From positions 192,001 through 256,000 of the forward strand of contig JAYZFK010000062.1 in the NCBI GenBank assembly GCA_036336835.1: a stretch of DNA of 64,000 nt. Direction: 5' to 3'. Below, in pieces: positions 23,466 through 31,711 of the stretch. This DNA comes from Myxococcota bacterium. GTDB taxonomy: Bacteria > Myxococcota_A > UBA9160 > UBA4427. The translations under genes and the position numbers were made by a program. Each line of letters opens with the position of its first letter. Within the stretch, counting starts at the first letter, position 1. The notes beneath the pieces are model-generated. The model did not search any database and was not told where the DNA came from. It saw only the letters and a program-made list of their open reading frames with translations.

Positions 23466-24731
23466 CTACAGCTCGAGGTACAGGTGCTTCAAGCCGCGAA
23501 GCACCAGGCTGTCGCGATACTCGATGCGTTCGTCCGCGAGCTGCAGCTTCGGGAAGCGAGCGATCATGCGACCGAGCATGGTCTCGAGCTCGTTGCGAGC
23601 GAGCGCCGCACCCAGGCAGATGTGGCTGCCGTAGCCAAAGCCAAAGTGAACGATCTCGCGGCGCGCGATGTCGAGGCGATCGGGGTCGCCGAAGCGCGCT
23701 GGGTCGCGACCGGCCGCCCCCGTCAAGATCGAGCACACCTCGCCGGCCCGGATGGTGACGTCGCCGAGCGAGAAGTCCTCGTAGCTCACGCGTTGGACCA
23801 GCTGGTTCGAGCCGTCGTAGCGCAGGAACTCCTCGACCGCGTTGCGGATTCGCCCGGGTTGCTCGCGCAGCAGGGTCAGCTGGTGGGGGTGGCGCAGCAG
23901 AGCGAGCATTGACAGTGCGATCATGTCGGCCGTGGTCTCGTGGCCCGCCTGGATCATCAGGATGCACAGCGCGATCAGCTCGTCGTCGCTGAGGCGTCCG
24001 CGCTCGTCTTGTGCCTGGACGAGCACCGTCATTAGGTCGTCGCGCGGCTGCTTGCGCCGGTCGGCGATCAGGTCTCGGAAGTAACCGTCGAATCCCGTAG
24101 TGGCAGCTTCTCCAAGTCGCTCCACCTCGGGTGTGATTCCCGAGACATCGCCGCGCCGCGCGAAGTCGTTCAGCCAGCTATGAAACACCGGCAGGTCGAC
24201 ACGCGGGACGCCCAGGATGTCGCAGATCACCGCAGTGGGAAGCGCGAATGCGAGATCGGCGACGAGATCGACGCGACCACTCTCGGCAGCTCGATCGAGC
24301 AGGTCGTCGACGACCGTCTCCATGACGGGGCGGTAGCGCTCTACAGCGCGCGGGGTGAAGTGGCGAGCTACGAGCGTGCGGATGCGATCGTGATCGGCGG
24401 GCTCAACATAGAGCAGCAAGCGCCGCACCATGTCGTAGAAGCACGCACCGCCTGGACCGGTGTCGAAGAGCTCGGCGTTGCGAGCGTCGCTGACCAGAGA
24501 TTTGTTCGTCAGCAGCTCGAGGGAGTGGGCGAACGTGGTGACCAGCCACGCGGGCCGACCGTGCAGCGCCTCGGTTCTGTGAAGCGGAGCCAGCTCGCGC
24601 AGTCGGTTCAGATAGGGATAGAGCTCGCCGCGGCGCTTCGGATCCAGGACGACGGCGAACGTCTCCTCCGGATCGACGAGCGATGCCGGGTCCGGCGGGC
24701 TCGCGGGGGTCAACGCCGCTCCTGCTGTCAT
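23466..24731 (-). CDS. Cytochrome P450
   Basis: AGHETT I-helix, EEFLR, GRDP and FGYGSHICLG heme motif. Confidence 0.95.
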   Translation of the reverse strand: MTAGAALTPASPPDPASLVDPEETFAVVLDPKRRGELYPYLNRLRELAPLHRTEALHGRPAWLVTTFAHSLELLTNKSLVSDARNAELFDTGPGGACFYDMVRRLLLYVEPADHDRIRTLVARHFTPRAVERYRPVMETVVDDLLDRAAESGRVDLVADLAFALPTAVICDILGVPRVDLPVFHSWLNDFARRGDVSGITPEVERLGEAATTGFDGYFRDLIADRRKQPRDDLMTVLVQAQDERGRLSDDELIALCILMIQAGHETTADMIALSMLALLRHPHQLTLLREQPGRIRNAVEEFLRYDGSNQLVQRVSYEDFSLGDVTIRAGEVCSILTGAAGRDPARFGDPDRLDIARREIVHFGFGYGSHICLGAALARNELETMLGRMIARFPKLQLADERIEYRDSLVLRGLKHLYLEL

Positions 24732-24803
24732 ACGCGGGGAGGCCTCCCTGCGGCCTGGTGAGTGGCGAGCTGGACTCGACCCTACAAGCAGGTGGATTGC
24801 CCA

Positions 24804-24817
24804 GTCAAGCGCTTGGT
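24804..24817. promoter_or_regulatory. KstR2-like operator, site 1
   Basis: GTCAAGCGCTTGGT, lying in the spacer of a TTGCCC-N18-TATTCT promoter between the divergent P450 and TetR genes. Confidence 0.7.
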
Positions 24818-24834
24818 TGGTATTCTGATTGGCG

Positions 24835-25425
24835 ATGGCCAAGCGGAGACCCGCCGAGGAGCGGCGGCGCGAGATCGCTCGAGTCGCGGGTGCGCTGTTC
24901 GCGGATCGCGGCGTTCAGGCGACCACCGTGCGCGATATCGGCGACGAGGTGGGCGTGCTTTCGGGCAGCCTCTACCACCACTTCAAGACCAAGCACGACA
25001 TCGTCCACGAGCTGATGCACGCCTACGGCGAGGATCTGCTCGCGGGCTACCGCGCCGCGGACGAGCAGGGCGGCACCGCGCGCGCGCGGCTCGAACGCCT
25101 GTTCCGGGAGTGCGTGCGCGCCAACCTCGAGCACCCCGACGAGACCGCCATCCTGATCCACGAGCTTGACAAGCTGTTCCGGCAGGACGAGTTCGGCTAC
25201 GTCCATCAGCTCGTTCGCGACGTCGAGACGATCTTTGTGAAGGTAATCGTTGATGGGATGCAGGCCGGCGAGATCCGGACCGATCTCGCACCGGCGTTCA
25301 CCTACCGGATGATGATGGATGTGATGGGAGCCGTGCAGCGCTGGTACGACCCGGAGAAGAACACCGAGCACCAAGTGGTACAGGGCTGGATCGACGTGTT
25401 CTTCCGAGGCATCGGCACCGCGTAG
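24835..25425 (+). CDS. TetR-family regulator, KstR2-like
   Basis: HTH LFADRGVQATTVRDIGDEVGVLSGSLYHHF closely resembles recalled KstR2; C-terminal RWYDP. Confidence 0.9.
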   Translation: MAKRRPAEERRREIARVAGALFADRGVQATTVRDIGDEVGVLSGSLYHHFKTKHDIVHELMHAYGEDLLAGYRAADEQGGTARARLERLFRECVRANLEHPDETAILIHELDKLFRQDEFGYVHQLVRDVETIFVKVIVDGMQAGEIRTDLAPAFTYRMMMDVMGAVQRWYDPEKNTEHQVVQGWIDVFFRGIGTA

Positions 25426-25428
25426 GCG

Positions 25429-25884
25429 TCAGGGGATCGCGGCCCACTGAGTCGGTCCTTCGATCGGGACCAGCTCCTTTGCGAAGTCGCCCAACATCAA
25501 GTCCATCAAACGGGCGCTGCCGTAGAGGCGCTCGCCACCGATCTTGTCGCCCGACCCGTAGATCGAGCCCATCAGCTGGTGATTCTCGAGCTTGCCGTCG
25601 ATTCGCAGCCGCAGCTGGTACTCGTGCACGCAGGCGATGTCGTTCGACCATTCGGAGATCAGGATCGTCTCCTCGACCAGCGGCATGAATTCCGACAGGA
25701 AGCGCGTGTAGTAGCGGCGCAACGTCTTGCCGCCGCGGAGCTGCCCGCCCGGTGGGTGGAACTCGAAGATCGGCTCATCGACGAGCGTTGCCAGCAGCGG
25801 GTCGTAGTCGCCGGCAATCTCGAGCTCTGCATGCAGGCGCGTGATGGCCGCCATCTGCTCGGATGTCATCGCGCTCGGCTTCAT
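25429..25884 (-). CDS. SnoaL/NTF2-like hypothetical protein
   Basis: HAELEIAGDYDPLLATL...LRRYY...GERLY pattern typical of the NTF2-like fold. Confidence 0.6.
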   Translation of the reverse strand: MKPSAMTSEQMAAITRLHAELEIAGDYDPLLATLVDEPIFEFHPPGGQLRGGKTLRRYYTRFLSEFMPLVEETILISEWSNDIACVHEYQLRLRIDGKLENHQLMGSIYGSGDKIGGERLYGSARLMDLMLGDFAKELVPIEGPTQWAAIP

Positions 25885-25912
25885 GCGGTCCTCCGGGTTG
25901 TCGCACATTTTA

Positions 25913-25926
25913 ACCAAGCGCTTGCT
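25913..25926. promoter_or_regulatory. KstR2-like operator, site 2
   Basis: ACCAAGCGCTTGCT, an exact match to AnCAAGnnCTTGnT, between the divergent SnoaL-like and amidohydrolase genes. Confidence 0.75.
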
Positions 25927-25957
25927 TTCCTTTCAACGGTCTGATGGAATGTCCGCT

Positions 25958-27457
25958 ATGTCGAACTGGCTCTCGAAGCGGGAAATGGCCGAGGTCTCGC
26001 CCGCCGAGCTCGACGACTCGGGCTCTCCTATCCCCACGCGCGTGGTCTCGAACGGCGAGTTCAACCCCATGCCGCAGACCGCGGCGCAGAAGAGCGTCCA
26101 GGGGCAGATCGAGGCGCTCGCCGATCGCTTCGCGAAGCGAGCAGGCCTTGGGCGGCGCGAGTTCCTGAAGACCGCCTCGGGCATGGCGGCAGCCTTCCTG
26201 GCGATGAACGAGGTGCACGGCTGGATCTTTGATGTCGCGGCCGCCGAGGCGAGCGACTTCGACGCGGCCCGGGAACGAGCCGAGGGGCTCGCGGCCCAGC
26301 GCATCTTCGACGATCAGACGCACTTCAACCGTGACGACTTGCGCAACCCCGAGCCGATCGACGTCGGCAAGTTCGCTGCGAAGCACTGGAACCCGGGGAT
26401 GCTCGACGAGATGGGCATCATTCACGAGCGCTTCCAGTTCGAGAACTTCCTGAAGGAGGTCTATCTCGACAGCGATACCAACGTGGCGCTGCTGTCGACC
26501 GTGCCGTTCGAAGACCGGCCCTGGCTGCTCTCCAACGAGCAGATGGCGCTGTCGCGCGACCTGGTGAACGGGCTCGCCGGCTCGCGCCGTATGTTGATCC
26601 ACTCCGCATTCACGCCCGGAATCGATGGCTGGCTGGACGACGTTGACGAGGCGATCGAGCGGCTGAAGCCCGATTCATGGAAGGGCTACACGATCGGAGA
26701 TCCGCTCGCGCCGGCCAACTCGAAGCATCCCTGGCGAATGGACGATGAGAAACTCGTCTATCCCTTCTACCAGAAGATCCAGCAGGCCGGCATCACGACC
26801 GTCTGCGTGCACAAGGGGCTCGTACCGCGTGACTACGCGCAGAGCATGAAGAACGTCTGGCGACACGCGACCGTAGAGGACGTGGGGCGCGCGGCGGCAG
26901 ACTGGCCAGGGCTCGACTTCGTCATCTACCACTCGGGTCTGCGCCCGTTCGTCGAGATTCCGGACCTCGATGCCGCCGCGTTCGAGAAGACCGGATACAT
27001 CCAGTGGGTGAGCGATCTCGCGGAAATCCCGGAGAAGTTCGGAGTCAGCAATGTCTACGGTGAGGTCGGTACCTCGTTCGCCAACACCGTCGTCACGCAG
27101 CCGCGGCTATGCGCCGGCATGATGGGGACGCTGCTGAAGGGCCTGGGTTCCGACCATGTTCTCTGGGGCACCGACTCGACCTGGTACGGTTCCCCCCAGT
27201 GGCAGATCGAGGCCTTCCGGCGGCTCGAGATCCCCGAGGATCTCCGCGAGAGGCACGGCTTCGCTCCGCTCGGCGGCGCTACCAGCGCCACCAAGAGCGC
27301 AGTGTTCTGGGACAACGGGGCTCGCCTCTACGGCCTCGCTGGCGGTGGCACCGCGGGCCGGGTCGAGCCCGACTCGATCGACGAGATGCGCGCGAGCTAC
27401 CAGGCGGCGGGGCTGACGCGCAGCAACCTGCGCTACGGCTACGTCCATTCGGGATGA
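25958..27457 (+). CDS. Amidohydrolase_2-family protein with an internal twin-arginine-like motif
   Basis: VSNGEF, GRREFLK, FDDQTH, WKGYT, CVHKG and WGTDSTWYGSPQWQIEAFRR motifs. Confidence 0.85.
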   Translation: MSNWLSKREMAEVSPAELDDSGSPIPTRVVSNGEFNPMPQTAAQKSVQGQIEALADRFAKRAGLGRREFLKTASGMAAAFLAMNEVHGWIFDVAAAEASDFDAARERAEGLAAQRIFDDQTHFNRDDLRNPEPIDVGKFAAKHWNPGMLDEMGIIHERFQFENFLKEVYLDSDTNVALLSTVPFEDRPWLLSNEQMALSRDLVNGLAGSRRMLIHSAFTPGIDGWLDDVDEAIERLKPDSWKGYTIGDPLAPANSKHPWRMDDEKLVYPFYQKIQQAGITTVCVHKGLVPRDYAQSMKNVWRHATVEDVGRAAADWPGLDFVIYHSGLRPFVEIPDLDAAAFEKTGYIQWVSDLAEIPEKFGVSNVYGEVGTSFANTVVTQPRLCAGMMGTLLKGLGSDHVLWGTDSTWYGSPQWQIEAFRRLEIPEDLRERHGFAPLGGATSATKSAVFWDNGARLYGLAGGGTAGRVEPDSIDEMRASYQAAGLTRSNLRYGYVHSG

Positions 27458-27568
27458 CCGGTCGCTCCCGCAACGGACGAACGATCGGCCCGATCTCCTT
27501 GTCGAGCAGGTTCGTTGCGGCGACCGCCCGGGACCAGCCCGGTCCTCCGCGAGCCTTGGGGCGCTGCC

Positions 27569-27600
27569 GGTCGGCGGTTCGATCCCGCTCGACTCCACCA
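27569..27600 (+). repeat. Duplicated tRNA-Ala 3' end (att-like site)
   Basis: GGTCGGCGGTTCGATCCCGCTCGACTCCACCA, 31/32 identical to 20372-20403. Confidence 0.9.
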
Positions 27601-27738
27601 TTCGTTTCCCGAGGGAAGCAATCCGGGACCGGTCAGTGTCAGGCGGTGTCGATGACGTGGAACACCTGACCGGGGTGATGCGACCGAGCAAACTCCGGGA
27701 GGTGCAGCGGGTCACGGAACGCTTGGCGCGTTCTTGCT

Positions 27739-28788
27739 TCAGGCCGTCTCCTGCTGGATCAGCTCGACAGCGCGCCCGAGTGTGTCGAGCCGCTCGGTGG
27801 CGTTCGCTCCGTGAGGGTCGATACGGAAGACGTCGATGCCTACGGCGATGTACTTGCGCAGCTGAGCGCGCACGTGCGCCTCGTCGCCGATGAGCGAGAC
27901 TTCGCGGATCATCTCGTCGGGGACGGCGTGGATGGCTTCGTCCCGTTTGCCCTCGATCCAGAGCCGTTGCACGCGGATCGCCACCTCCTCGAAGCCGCCG
28001 CGCCTGTACGCGTTGTTGTAGAAGTTGGTCGTCGGTGAGCCCATCGCGCCGAGCATGAAAGCCATGCCGGGCTTCGCACGCTGGATGAGCGGCTCGGGGT
28101 CGTCGACGAAGGCGATGGCGCCACCTGCTGACAGGGTCAGCTCGCGGCGAGCGCGCCCGGCCTTTGCGAGCCCGCGATCGAGGTGCTCGAGGTGGGCTTC
28201 GGGGCACTCCGGCGTGAAACAGGCACCGAGCCAGCCATCGGCGAGCTCGCCCGTCAGCTCGAGGCCGCGCGGCGAGAGCGTCGCCAGCCAGATCGGCAGC
28301 TTCGAATTCGGCGGCTGCGCAAGACGAAGCGCCTTGCCCTCCCCTCCGGGCCGCGGCAGCACGTAGTGCTCGCCGTCGTACACGAGCTTTTCGCCGCGAC
28401 AGGCCATGCGCACGATCTCGATCACCTCACGCATGCGCGTCAGCGGCTTGTGGAACGCCTGACCCTGGAGGCCCTCGACCACCTGCGGACCGGAGGCGCC
28501 GAGGCCGAGCAGGAAGCGATCGCCCGAGAGCGCGGCCAGGCTGAGCGCGCTCATCGCCGTCATCGACGGCGTGCGAGCCGCGATCTGCATGATGCCGCTG
28601 CCGATTTCGATCCGTTCGGTACGCGCCGCGAGGAAGCCCGCGGTCGACACGGCGTCGAGCCCCCAGGCCTCGGCGGTCCAGGCCTGGTCGACACCGAGCT
28701 TCTCGGCTTCGACGACGAAGTCGACGGTCTTGTGGAAGTTGCGCTGCTGGCCGGAGTCGGCGCCGCCGGCGCCAATGGCGGTCTTCAT
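27739..28788 (-). CDS. LLM-class flavin- or F420-dependent oxidoreductase
   Basis: WTAEAWG, ARTP, LGLGASGPQVVEG and GELADGW motifs. Confidence 0.9.
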   Translation of the reverse strand: MKTAIGAGGADSGQQRNFHKTVDFVVEAEKLGVDQAWTAEAWGLDAVSTAGFLAARTERIEIGSGIMQIAARTPSMTAMSALSLAALSGDRFLLGLGASGPQVVEGLQGQAFHKPLTRMREVIEIVRMACRGEKLVYDGEHYVLPRPGGEGKALRLAQPPNSKLPIWLATLSPRGLELTGELADGWLGACFTPECPEAHLEHLDRGLAKAGRARRELTLSAGGAIAFVDDPEPLIQRAKPGMAFMLGAMGSPTTNFYNNAYRRGGFEEVAIRVQRLWIEGKRDEAIHAVPDEMIREVSLIGDEAHVRAQLRKYIAVGIDVFRIDPHGANATERLDTLGRAVELIQQETA

Positions 28789-29027
28789 GCGGTCCAGCTT
28801 AGCCCGACGACGATGCGATGAGCGCAGAGCAGGCCGCGAGCCGCCGGCGCGGCACTCGCGCTCGTCGCGCAGCTCGCGACCGCCGCGCGCCGCCCGCTCT
28901 TGCTGCGACGCGTTGCTTGCAACGATCCCCGCCGGCTACGCCCGGGCGACGTGCTCGAGGCCTCGATCGCCACCGACGCTGGAGCGATCGACCTCGGCTG
29001 TCAGCGCAACCGGGTCGTCGACGGGCA

Positions 29028-29119
29028 GGGCGGAGCACGCCGGGGGTGCTGGACCGGCCGCAGGGCTGATTCCCCAGCCGAGAGACTCAGTTTCCCAGAC
29101 TCTCGGGACCAGAGCTGGG
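29028..29119 (+). ncRNA. Candidate structured leader or cation-sensing riboswitch upstream of mrp
   Basis: GGGCGG-AGCAC...GTGCT-GGACCGGCCGC followed by a nested stem CCCAGC/GCTGGG with CCGAGAG/CTCTCGG. Confidence 0.3.
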
Positions 29120-29201
29120 CTCGGGGCTCCGCCTCGCTCGCTGCTCGAAACCCGGCGCGGCCTCGTCCATACTGCGTCCGGATTCTGGGGGCGCGCCGCG
29201 C

Positions 29202-29687
29202 ATGAAGCACATCGCCAGTCTGACTGCCGTGCTCGCTCTGCTGTGGCTCGGATGGTCGGGCCACTTCGAGCCCCTCACGCTCGCGCTCGGTGCGGGGTCA
29301 CTGTTCGTCGTGGTCGCGCTCTCGGTGCGGATGCAAGTCGTGGACGACGAGGGAGCGCCACTCGGACTGAGATGGGCGCGGCTCGCCGGCTACGTTGCGT
29401 GGCTCGCGTGGGAGATCGTCAAGGCGAACCTCGATGTCGCCCGGCGCATCCTGTCACCCGGCACACCACCGATCTCGCCCCGCATCATCCGCGTGAAGGC
29501 GTCCCAGGAATCGGAGCTGGCGCAGGTCATCTATGCGAACAGCATCACGCTGACCCCCGGAACCATCTCGATCGACGTCGAAGGAGGCGAGATCCTGGTG
29601 CATGCTCTCCACGAAGACGCTGCCTCTGGCGTCGAGGCAGGCGAGATGGACCGGCGATGTGCGCGTCTGGAGAGGAAGACTGCATGA
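29202..29687 (+). CDS. mrpE: Mrp Na+/H+ antiporter subunit E
   Basis: WEIVKANLDVA and ANSITLTPGT motifs. Confidence 0.95.
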   Translation: MKHIASLTAVLALLWLGWSGHFEPLTLALGAGSLFVVVALSVRMQVVDDEGAPLGLRWARLAGYVAWLAWEIVKANLDVARRILSPGTPPISPRIIRVKASQESELAQVIYANSITLTPGTISIDVEGGEILVHALHEDAASGVEAGEMDRRCARLERKTA

Positions 29688-29959
29688 AGGCCTACCTCGT
29701 CGTCGCTATCGCTGGAGTGCTGGTCACCATGGCCATGGCCCTCGTGCGCGCGGCGCGCGGGCCCTCCGTCTACGATCGGATCCTTGCGGTCAATTCGTTC
29801 GGCACCGTGACCGTGTTGTTCATCTCCGTGCTCGGTTTCCTGCTCGGGCGGCCCGATTTCCTCGATCTCGCGCTGCTCTACGCCCTGCTCAACTTCGTCG
29901 GAACGATCGCGATCTTGAAGTACTTCAAGTATGGCAACCTCGCCGCGGGAGAGGACTGA
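29684..29959 (+). CDS. mrpF: Mrp antiporter subunit F
   Basis: RGPSVYDRILA and DLALLYALLNF motifs. Confidence 0.93.
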   Translation: MKAYLVVAIAGVLVTMAMALVRAARGPSVYDRILAVNSFGTVTVLFISVLGFLLGRPDFLDLALLYALLNFVGTIAILKYFKYGNLAAGED

Positions 29960-29965
29960 AGGCGA

Positions 29966-30304
29966 GTGGACGCCATCCGCGAAGCCCTCAGCTGGCTGTT
30001 CATCGTACCCGGTGCCCTGCTCTGCGTGACTGGAGGGATCGGGCTGCTGCGGCTTCCGGATTTCTACGCTCGGATGCACGCCGCAGGAGTCACCGACACC
30101 CTCGGCACGGCCCTCGTCCTGGTCGGTCTGATGCTCCAGCCCGCAGACTGGACCGTCACCGTCAAGCTGGCCGTGATCCTGTTCTTCCTGTATGTGACGA
30201 GCCCGACCGCGGCCCATGCGCTGATCCACGCTGCCTATACCAGCGGCCACAGGCCCGAGTTCGCCAAGGACGCGCCGCTGCCCCGTGAGGTCGAGAGCCG
30301 ATGA
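29966..30304 (+). CDS. mrpG: Mrp antiporter subunit G
   Basis: GLLRLPDFYARMHAA and TSPTAAHA motifs. Confidence 0.93.
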   Translation: MDAIREALSWLFIVPGALLCVTGGIGLLRLPDFYARMHAAGVTDTLGTALVLVGLMLQPADWTVTVKLAVILFFLYVTSPTAAHALIHAAYTSGHRPEFAKDAPLPREVESR

Positions 30305-30948
30305 TCGGCGAGCAGCTCATCGGGGTCATCCTGCTCGCACTGCTGGCCCTGACCGCGATCACGATCGCGCGGCTTCGAAACCTGCTCGCCACGGCCATGC
30401 TGTCGGGCATCTTCAGCCTGCTCGGTGCCTGCTGGATGCTGTTCCTCGACGCGCCCGACGTGGCCTTCACCGAGGCGGCCGTCGGTGCTGGTATCTCGAC
30501 CATTCTGATCCTGGCCACGCTATGCGTGGTGGGAGCAGACGAGAAGCAAGTCCAGGAGTCGCCACTCGCGCTGCTGGTCGTTCTCGTAGCCGGCGGCGTG
30601 CTCGTATACGGCACGCTCGACATGCCGCGCTTCGGGGACCCGAACGCACCCGCCCATCAGAGTCTCGTGACCCAGGCCTACCTCTACTCGGCCAACGCGC
30701 CGGCAGAGCACCGCGAGACTCAGCCCAGCCGGGACGCCCACGAGCTCGAGACATTCGCAGTCGGCATTCCCAACACCGTCACCACCGTGCTCGCCAGCTT
30801 TCGCGGCTACGACACGATGGGGGAGACCGCCGTGATCTTCACCGCGGGCCTGGGTGTGGTGGTGATTCTGGGCGGGGCGCGGCACCGGCGGTTCGAGCCC
30901 TCCGAAACGGTCGACATCACCCCCAGCGACGAGCGGCCCGAAGCATGA
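30301..30948 (+). CDS. Mrp antiporter DUF4040 / MrpB N-terminal-type subunit
   Basis: APDVAFTEAAVG and NTVTTVLASFRGYDTMGE motifs. Confidence 0.88.
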   Translation: MIGEQLIGVILLALLALTAITIARLRNLLATAMLSGIFSLLGACWMLFLDAPDVAFTEAAVGAGISTILILATLCVVGADEKQVQESPLALLVVLVAGGVLVYGTLDMPRFGDPNAPAHQSLVTQAYLYSANAPAEHRETQPSRDAHELETFAVGIPNTVTTVLASFRGYDTMGETAVIFTAGLGVVVILGGARHRRFEPSETVDITPSDERPEA

Positions 30949-31358
30949 AGAATCACGTCATCCTCCGCGTCGTCACCAAGCTGCTGATTCCCTACATCCT
31001 CCTCTACGCCTTCTACGTGCAGTGGCACGGTGACTACGGCCCCGGGGGTGGCTTCCAGGCCGGCGTCATCTTCGCTGCCGGCATCATCCTGTACGCGCTG
31101 GTCTTCGGCCTGCAGGCCGCCGAAGACGCGATCCACCCGCGCGTCGTGCACGCCGGAGTCGCTGCGGGCCTGTTGCTCTATCTCGCTGTGGGGGTCGTCG
31201 CGCTGCTGCTCGGTGGTAACTTCCTCGACTACGACGCGTTCGGCCATCACGGCCAGCACCACGGCATCCTGCTGGTCGAGACCGGTGTCTTCATCACCGT
31301 CGCGTCGGTCATGGTCACGATCTTCTACAGCTTTGCCGAGCTGGTCCGCAGCGACTGA
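30945..31358 (+). CDS. mrpB: Mrp antiporter subunit B
   Basis: HGDYGPGGGFQAG motif. Confidence 0.92.
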   Translation: MKNHVILRVVTKLLIPYILLYAFYVQWHGDYGPGGGFQAGVIFAAGIILYALVFGLQAAEDAIHPRVVHAGVAAGLLLYLAVGVVALLLGGNFLDYDAFGHHGQHHGILLVETGVFITVASVMVTIFYSFAELVRSD

Positions 31359-31711
31359 TGGACGTTCTCGGCCTGTACAACTACTGGATCGTCATCGTGT
31401 TGATGATGACGGGCTTCTATGTCGTGATCGCACGGCGCAATCTGGTCAAGAAGTTGATTGGGCTCGCCGTCTTCCAGGTGTCGGTCTTCCTGCTGTACAT
31501 CAGCATCGGAGTCATCCGTGGCGGGACGGCACCGATCGTCGCCGAAGGCTACGCGGTCTACTCCAACCCGTTGCCCAGCGTGCTCATCCTCACCGCGATT
31601 GTGGTCGGGGTCGCGACGATGGCGGTCGGACTCGCGTTGGTGGTTCGCATCCAGGAGGAGTACGGCACGATCGAGGAAGACGAGATCCAGGCGCAGGATC
31701 CCGAGGCCTGA
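31358..31711 (+). CDS. mrpC: Mrp antiporter subunit C
   Basis: NLVKKLIGL and NPLPSVLILTAIVVG motifs. Confidence 0.95.
   Translation: MDVLGLYNYWIVIVLMMTGFYVVIARRNLVKKLIGLAVFQVSVFLLYISIGVIRGGTAPIVAEGYAVYSNPLPSVLILTAIVVGVATMAVGLALVVRIQEEYGTIEEDEIQAQDPEA

Noticed and set aside
20542..23967. Apparent long fusion ORFs (680 aa and 439 aa) in the islet
   Set aside because: Their N-terminal parts are off-frame reads of the adjacent SDR and P450; true starts are at 21750 and 23427
27525..27600. Second full tRNA gene
   Set aside because: Only the T-arm and 3' acceptor strand are present; no D-arm, anticodon arm or complementary 5' strand
27649..27664. Possible parS site (ACGTGGAACA)
   Set aside because: Only the right half matches; the 16-bp palindrome is absent
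28911..28924. Palindrome CGTTGC-tt-GCAACG upstream of the LLM gene
   Set aside because: Single short occurrence, does not match the islet operator, and has no supporting second site
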